A stretch of 63,911 nucleotides of DNA, filler included, from Cercozoa sp. M6MM (Eukaryota; Protista; Endomyxa: Ascetosporea): assembly GCA_040357565.1 (NCBI GenBank). It is 12 parts of 12 records of this genome, joined end to end, with 100 filler letters (N's around TTAATTAATTAA, not from the genome) between each part and the next. Parts side by side here need not be neighbours in the genome. Positions count along the whole stretch, not along the records: positions 51,531 to 58,202 come from JBDODJ010000708.1; positions 58,303 to 59,490 come from JBDODJ010002129.1; positions 59,591 to 61,387 come from JBDODJ010001916.1; positions 61,488 to 62,695 come from JBDODJ010002114.1; positions 62,796 to 63,911 come from JBDODJ010002167.1; 7 more parts are not named here. One strand, 5' to 3'. The position numbers and the translations under genes are program-made. A model generated the notes under the pieces. The model searched no databases, was not told the origin of the DNA, and saw only the letters and a list, made by a program, of their open reading frames with translations. Below, in pieces: positions 57,135 through 63,911 of this stretch (position 1 is its first letter; every line of letters begins with the position of its first letter).

Positions 57135-58190
57135 CAGTTTCGAGCATGCCAGTGACGCGTAATCCACTCAACGCGGCATTATTCGCTCAACTTCTCGGCC
57201 GCTGGGACGGTAAATTTATCCGTAACAAAATCGATACTGCCGGAGTCGGTGAAGCTAAATTTATAAATTTAAAATTGGATTCGTCGAAAAACCGTAGCTC
57301 GCACGGTGCACTACTTCGTCAACATGGAGCGTTCGTCTGGCAACCGTACTTTGTCATCTTGTTTAACCTTGTAACTTTGAAGGGTTTCGTTTTAGACCTC
57401 GTTTGTGCCGATGGAATCAAATACCTCGACATGTTCACTCAGATTTCATCCTTGCCTCTCGGTACTATTTTAGTCGACAGTAAATTAGTGTTAAAGGGCT
57501 GCGATGAGAAAGTACATACTGTCCATAGGATGGAATCACCCGGCCTTGCTCGACCTGGCGAGAACTGATCGGGTACCTTTTTTTGCCCCGCCATGTCGAT
57601 AATTTACCATTTTGAGTGTGCTCAGTTCGTGCGTGCAGCCGCCACGCGTTCCGCACTCGGGTACCCGTTTCATAGCGGTCACAAACTAAACTCTCCACAA
57701 TTGCCATCGCAATCTGTTTTGGCAGAATTGGACCTCCAGTTTGGTTCCCCAACGAGGTTGAGCGCTTCGCTCGCAATGCGGCACCTGCCGGCTGTCCGCA
57801 CCTGTTCACGACCTCAACTGTAAACAGCACAGCAAGCAATGGGAATGTTAATTCTGTTTCTGCTCATGAACGATCAGGGAAGCGAGGCAGTGGAGAATGC
57901 ACTCAAGACTGCGTTTATCTACAAGGCGAACCGCGACACCTTTGACGACGCTGACGCTGACAGTGTGCTGCGCAACATGACACCAGGCGCTTCCGACAAG
58001 ATTGTACTGTCTTTCGAGGGAGGCTTTCACGGGTACCTCTTTTTCGCCTCTCCCTTCTTGAACTATTTACCATACATAGTACTGCTTTAATATTACTACC
58101 AGACGCACACTGGGTGCACTCAGTGCAACGCGTTCGAAGGCACTGCACAAAGTACATCAGTCCTTCTCCACATAGACATTGATTGCGGTA
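57135..58190 (+). CDS. ABAT: 4-aminobutyrate (GABA) aminotransferase, 5' part
   Basis: RTVHYFVNMERSSGN|HLVCADGIKYLDMFTQISSLPLG|WNHPALL, TRSALG, GSEAVENALKTAF, VLSFEGGFHG|RTLGALSATRSKALHK. Start uncertain; truncated at the contig end. Confidence 0.92.
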
Positions 58191-58302
58191 GTTCCTTTTT
58201 TTNNNNNNNNNNNNNNNNNNNNNNNNNNNNNNNNNNNNNNNNNNNNTTAATTAATTAANNNNNNNNNNNNNNNNNNNNNNNNNNNNNNNNNNNNNNNNNN
58301 NN

Positions 58303-59490
58303 GCCCCTTGTACACACACATACATCATACACAGACACCAGACTGGTCCTGGTTGGAGACGACTCGCTGGCGGCTGCCATCGTGCAGGTGTGTCTCTGTA
58401 TTATACGTGTGTGTCTATGTGTATGTGTATATATAGTGTGGATGTATGTGTATATATATTTTGTGTGTGTGTGTGTGTGTGTTTGTATATGCAAGGATGT
58501 ATCTATGCATCTCTATATTTATGTATCTCTGTATTTTTATGTGTGCATGTATGTATGTATTTATGTATTTATGTTTGTTGTATATATTCGCAGGCCGAGT
58601 TGCAACTGAGAGCACAGCACCCGCGTATTCTAACACTGCAGTTCAGTTGTGACTGTGTGTGTGTGTGTGTGTGTATGTGTCTGTGTCTGTGTGTCTCTGT
58701 GTGTGTGTGCAAGGTATGACTATCCTACTGTGACTGCGCAGGTGCGAGGTTCCGCGTGGACAAGTTCATTCTGCCAACTGGCGCGTCGCACGCGATTGCG
58801 CGTCGCGTCGCTCTGTCCAGTACATGGCCCTGCTGTCCCTGTAGACATGGAGTATCTCTATGTATCTGTGTGTGTCTGTGTGTCTGCGTCTNNNNNNNNN
58901 NGCCCCTTGTACACACACATACATCATACACAGACACCAGACTGGTCCTGGTTGGAGACGACTCGCTGGCGGCTGCCATCGTGCAGGTGTGTCTCTGTAT
59001 TATACGTGTGTGTCTATGTGTATGTGTATATATAGTGTGGATGTATGTGTATATATATTTTGTGTGTGTGTGTGTGTGTGTTTGTATATGCAAGGATGTA
59101 TCTATGCATCTCTATATTTATGTATCTCTGTATTTTTATGTGTGCATGTATGTATGTATTTATGTATTTATGTTTGTTGTATATATTCGCAGGCCGAGTT
59201 GCAACTGAGAGCACAGCACCCGCGTATTCTAACACTGCAGTTCAGTTGTGACTGTGTGTGTGTGTGTGTGTGTATGTGTCTGTGTCTGTGTGTCTCTGTG
59301 TGTGTGTGCAAGGTATGACTATCCTACTGTGACTGCGCAGGTGCGAGGTTCCGCGTGGACAAGTTCATTCTGCCAACTGGCGCGTCGCACGCGATTGCGC
59401 GTCGCGTCGCTCTGTCCAGTACATGGCCCTGCTGTCCCTGTAGACATGGAGTATCTCTATGTATCTGTGTGTGTCTGTGTGTCTGCGTCT
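58303..59490. repeat. Apparently identical 589-nt duplicate (58303-58891 and 58902-59490) across a 10-N gap; likely assembly artefact
   Basis: Both copies begin GCCCCTTGTACACAC and end GTCTGCGTCT, with identical microsatellites. Confidence 0.9.
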
Positions 59491-59819
59491 NNNNNNNNNN
59501 NNNNNNNNNNNNNNNNNNNNNNNNNNNNNNNNNNTTAATTAATTAANNNNNNNNNNNNNNNNNNNNNNNNNNNNNNNNNNNNNNNNNNNNGGGGGGGTAC
59601 ATTACTGTACGACAGTCTATCCGTCAGTTCTAAACTTACTACTCGCGCGGATGCACTTCAACTAACAGTATCCGGTGTCACCAACTCAAGTAATAGAAGT
59701 GCGAAACTGAAGGAAAGTGGATCGACTTGAGCGAGCTACTGGTTCAATGGACTCAGTTTAGTTTGTCAGTTCTCGACTGAGCCAAGCGGAGTGACTCCCA
59801 TAGCATTCGTTCGCTAGGT

Positions 59820-61387
59820 TCAGTAGCCGTACTTGTCGCTCGCGCCGTAGCTGTCCTGACCCGTCCAGTAGCCAGTGTTACCGTGACCAGTGTTGCCGTA
59901 GCCAGTGTTGCCGTAGCCAGTGTTTCCGTAAGTGCTACCATAGCCAGTCTTACCGGCGATGTACCCAGTCTTGCCATTGTTGTTGCCGTACTGGTAGCCG
60001 GCATTGGCACCGAGGATACCGCTCAGATCAAAGAGATTGTCGACCCACTTGTAGCTGCCGTAGTCGTTGCTGCCGTAGCCACTGCTGCCATAGCTGTTGC
60101 CGCCACTGTAGTAGTTCGAGTAGCTCGCGTACTTGTCATTGTAGCCCGGGTAGCTGCCGCTGCCGTAGCTGTCTCCGTAGTAACTCGAGTACTCGGCGTA
60201 CTTGTCGTCAGCCTTCTTGACTGACGGACGGGCAAACTTGAGCAGCAACTCACCCGGCACGAGAGCGCGACCGTGCTTGCGCATGTCCTAACTTACAGTC
60301 CCAAACATAACGCGCATAAATTTGACTGACTTGGAGTTGAAATTAGCCGGCATGAGACTGATGAGAGGAAAAACAGTTTTTACCATAGGCCGTCCCCACT
60401 GGTCGAGGAACTCCATCATGGCCAGCAGCATCGTGTTGAAGCACCAATCGCGGCGCGACACGAGCTTCTGTACGGCCTCGGAGATATCTAGCTCGATGAG
60501 ACCGCCGTGAATGACCTTGTGTGCCGTGCTCTGTCGCTTCAGCACCTTGCCGTTGGCTGCACACAGTGTCAGTACCGGTGTACAGTGAAATCATATCATA
60601 CACACCGACAGTCCCAACATGTTTATCGGACAAGAGACTCTACCCAAAAGCTCGCCGACGACACCGACGACGCCGCAAACGCCAGCCTTTGAGTCGAGGT
60701 CCTGGAACAGCTTGAGCGTGTGCTTCTCGTGCACGGTGCCGAGCCAGACCTTGACGCCGGAGCCCTTCCAGATCTCCATGTCGAGACCGACGCGGATGGC
60801 GGCACGCAGGTGACTCGCATCGCGAACGACAGGCACTCGGTAGCCGGCCACCACGGCAACGTCCTGCGGTTTCTTGCGCCTGCGCGCCCCGTCCATCATG
60901 GCGCGCACCCTGCTTCGGTCTGCACTGTCAGTGTGGCCGAGCAACTGAGCATTGTCGCTCTCGTTAGCGTTCTCTTCCTCCGACTGATCGGCAAGCAGGG
61001 CCACCTTGTGCGAGATCTTGGACAAGGCGAAGCGGCAGTCGGTGTCGATACCACCGAGTCGGTGGCCGGTCGGTGTGGCATCAGACACCACGAGTGACAC
61101 CGCAGGTGAGCGCGAGATTCCCACGCATGCCTACGGTACAACGCAGTACATACGACACAATAACAAGCAATACAGTCGGTACCTTTGGGCACAGGTGAGG
61201 AGCACCAGCCTTCATAGCAGACTCGCAGGAAGAGGCACAGCCGTCACCGGCCGAAGGTGCCGCGGCCAGCTTGCGCAACTCGCGAATGTCCTTGAGTGCC
61301 ACCGACAGCTTGCTCCAGACGTCAGCGACTGACGCGGGATGGTAGCCGTCGATGTCGCCGTAGCTATCACCGTAGCCACCGTAGGCA
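59820..61387 (-). CDS. Gly/Tyr/Ser/Asn-rich repeat protein with a central globular domain, 3' part
   Basis: GYGDSYGD.. exon, globular exons, then a terminal exon YGDSYGSGSY..GYGNTGYGNTGYGNTGHGNTGY..DKYGY*. Confidence 0.7.
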
Positions 61388-61487
61388 NNNNNNNNNNNNN
61401 NNNNNNNNNNNNNNNNNNNNNNNNNNNNNNNTTAATTAATTAANNNNNNNNNNNNNNNNNNNNNNNNNNNNNNNNNNNNNNNNNNNN

Positions 61488-62160
61488 TACCGCGAAAGTG
61501 CAATGAATGCAAAGCCAGAGGCAGACTCAGGACTCCCAACTGCAAGGGATGCAAACAACGACTACAAAAGCGCGAAGTAAGCGAGTGCCCCGACTGCGCA
61601 GGTACCTGGGAAAATGCAGAAGACACTCTCGATACGTACCACCGATTGCTGGAATGCAAAGTAACGGAAGCTATCAGACACAACACCAATGCGGCCCAAT
61701 GGCGCACAATTGAAGACATACTGGCCAACCCTGAGAACCTAGCAACACTCAACAGAATGCACCAAGGCACCAAGATCTCCTGGGACGAGGAAGCAACTGT
61801 CGAAGGACAACCAGCCTCCCAGCAGGTAATGGACCGAGAGGTCCCCGACATAGACTAGGCCACCACTCACAGCAGTGGTGGCCCCAAGTCTATGTCTGAT
61901 TGCTTGCTTCGTTATCGAGTGGAGAGGCGGGAGGACGACGACGGGACGACCGACACCGACTGCGACGCCTCTCTACTTGTAGCCCGCTACCTGCACCAAC
62001 CATGAAGTCGACTTCGGTGTCTGGGGAACGTCAAAAGGGGAGTTGTATGGTCCTACCCTAAGCGGGCGGTAGACACGGCCATGCTCTTGTGACCCACCCC
62101 AGACTGGTGCAGGGGAACTACATAGTTGGTTTCCTAGAAGACTCAACTAACTAACTAAAC
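61488..62160 (+). mobile_element. Non-LTR retrotransposon (LINE) 3' end: ORF2 C-terminus, 3'UTR and (CTAA)n tail
   Basis: Intronless frame KCNECK..NCKGC..ECPDC...EDTLDTYHRLLEC (CCHC knuckle) ends at TAG 61856-61858. The 3'UTR is repeated elsewhere in the window; tail CAACTAACTAACTAAAC. Confidence 0.75.
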
Positions 62161-62638
62161 CGCATCGCAAACGACAAAAGCTGCGTTGACTCATGGGGGT
62201 AGTGCAAAAAGAGTACTGGTCGGCCAAGTACAGGAAGGTAGAATTCCACATTCCGAAGCTCTGCAATCCGCATAGTACTAAGCTGGGGTAGACTGGCCGG
62301 GAAGGAAGAAAGGCTCGTCAACAGTCGTTTCGAATGGTTATTCAGGACCGGAGCTGACAGCTTGGACGAAGGACGACGCGAAACGACGCATTTTCTGCGC
62401 GCGGATTTGAAGTCGACACAGCACAGAGTCGTTACCCTGGTACTGGCACTACGCAGGGGAAAGGAAATAAATACTACACCTCCTGTGTTCAAAAACAGTA
62501 AAAGAGCACCATCTCAGATTGTGCGACGACCTGCTGCAGCAGAGCACGACCATGTTCCGAAAGCGCGTCAGCGTTTTTGGTGCTCAGAGCGAGTCGATCT
62601 TGGTCGGGCAGGGGGACTGTTTAAGTGGATACACATCG

Positions 62639-62694
<56 letters not shown>

Positions 62695-62795
62695 GNNNNN
62701 NNNNNNNNNNNNNNNNNNNNNNNNNNNNNNNNNNNNNNNTTAATTAATTAANNNNNNNNNNNNNNNNNNNNNNNNNNNNNNNNNNNNNNNNNNNN

Positions 62796-62827
<32 letters not shown>

Positions 62828-62851
62828 GAGGTGTGTGCGTGTGTGTGTGTG

Positions 62852-62894
<43 letters not shown>

Positions 62895-62929
62895 GTGTGT
62901 ATGAGTGTGTGTGTGTGTGTGCCCACAAC

Positions 62930-63800
62930 AGAAGTACCTGCCAGTGGAGGCAGTCACCGTCGCCGACAGCGCTCGTGGTGCTGCCGGCGCAGACACCGCC
63001 ATTGTCGTCGAACGTGTGCGAGGCCGCTCACTCGAGCAACTCTTGATACCAACTGCTCCCTTTGGTGCGCCTTGCTCTCTCCGGTGTGTCTACAGCAAGT
63101 AACTTATGTACGTGTGCACTTGCACTTGCGCAGTAAGCGAGCGGGACCTGCAGAAAGCCGCGCGAGGCACAGTGTCGCTGTTGGCGCCGCTGTGTCGCCT
63201 TCTGACGCGTCTGCACTGCAACGGCGTCTTGCACAACGACTTGTCCCCAGGCAACGTGTTGCTGACCTCGAGCGACGACGCCGTGTGTGCGCGCATCGAG
63301 GCGTGCGCTTCGCTCGGCCAGTTGTTCGACCTGCTCGACCAGGTAGCACCTTTCGCTGTGTGTGGCGCGTGTGTGTGTGTGTGTGTCTATGTGTCTGTGG
63401 CTGCAGGTCGGGCCCAACAGCATCCGAGCCGTGCTGATCGACTTTGGCGAGGCGTCGCTGCGCGGCCGCTCGCGCCTGCACCCCGAGGTAGCGTGGCACC
63501 GGGCAGACCTTCCTTCCGTCCAGTGCCGATGTCGATGTGTCTCTGTGTGCTCACGTATGTGTTGTTGTGTGTGTGTGTCTGCAGGGCTGCGCGCTAGCCA
63601 ACATGATGGCCTCGCAGGTCAAGTACGCGCGCTTCTTTGTGCGTCAACTTCGACTGGCGCGTCTCGAGCATGAGTACCACACGCCCTCGGACGGTGCGCT
63701 GACTTTGCATGTGCGTGTGTTGTGTGTGTGTGTGCAGTGTCTCACTCGAGAAGGAGTTGCTCACTGCACTGCGAATGTTGTGTCGCCCGGCGTCGGCCCA
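62930..63800 (+). CDS. Protein kinase fragment
   Basis: AIVVERVRGRSLEQLL, LHCNGVLHNDLSPGNVLL, IRAVLIDFGEA. Confidence 0.75.
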
Positions 63801-63858
63801 CTCACAGCGCCTGTGTACCCTGGCTTTCCTTGTATCTCTTGAGGGTAGGGTAGGTGCC

Positions 63859-63909
<51 letters not shown>

Positions 63910-63911
63910 GT

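Noticed and set aside
58303-59490. Tandem gene-segment duplication
   Set aside because: The copies look identical, including microsatellite lengths, and are separated by a 10-N gap, which is a typical scaffolding overlap artefact.

Overview
Eukaryotic, intron-rich protist genomic DNA with the standard genetic code and canonical GT-AG introns mostly 40-300 nt, often filled with microsatellites. The window is not one locus: it is about 12 contigs joined by artificial N44-TTAATTAATTAA-N44 linkers, so synteny across linkers is meaningless. Genes reconstructed by manual splicing: WASHC4 3' part, GH31 glucosidase 3' end, probable mL40, G-patch fragment, multi-C2 protein, mitochondrial DnaJ, LLPH-like, NOG2, LSD1/KDM1 with an SRI-like tail, RPL34, glyoxalase I, UBC12, the gamete fusogen HAP2/GCS1, a signal-peptide-bearing protein kinase, a Patched/NPC1-type protein, GlnRS 5' part, GABA aminotransferase, a Gly/Tyr-rich protein, a second kinase, and a LINE 3' end with dispersed copies of its structured 3'UTR. 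The most unusual structure is at 39069-40146 (minus strand). It is a CRISPR-looking array that is really nine 36/39-nt phase-0 mini-exons, each encoding one N-V-Y-G-G-N-T-G-F-D-T-G-type repeat. The introns between them have diverged, but all keep a central self-complementary CCGCGCGG(A) motif. This is a candidate RNA-pairing-driven combinatorial exon-skipping system. All gene identities come from recalled family motifs, not database searches.
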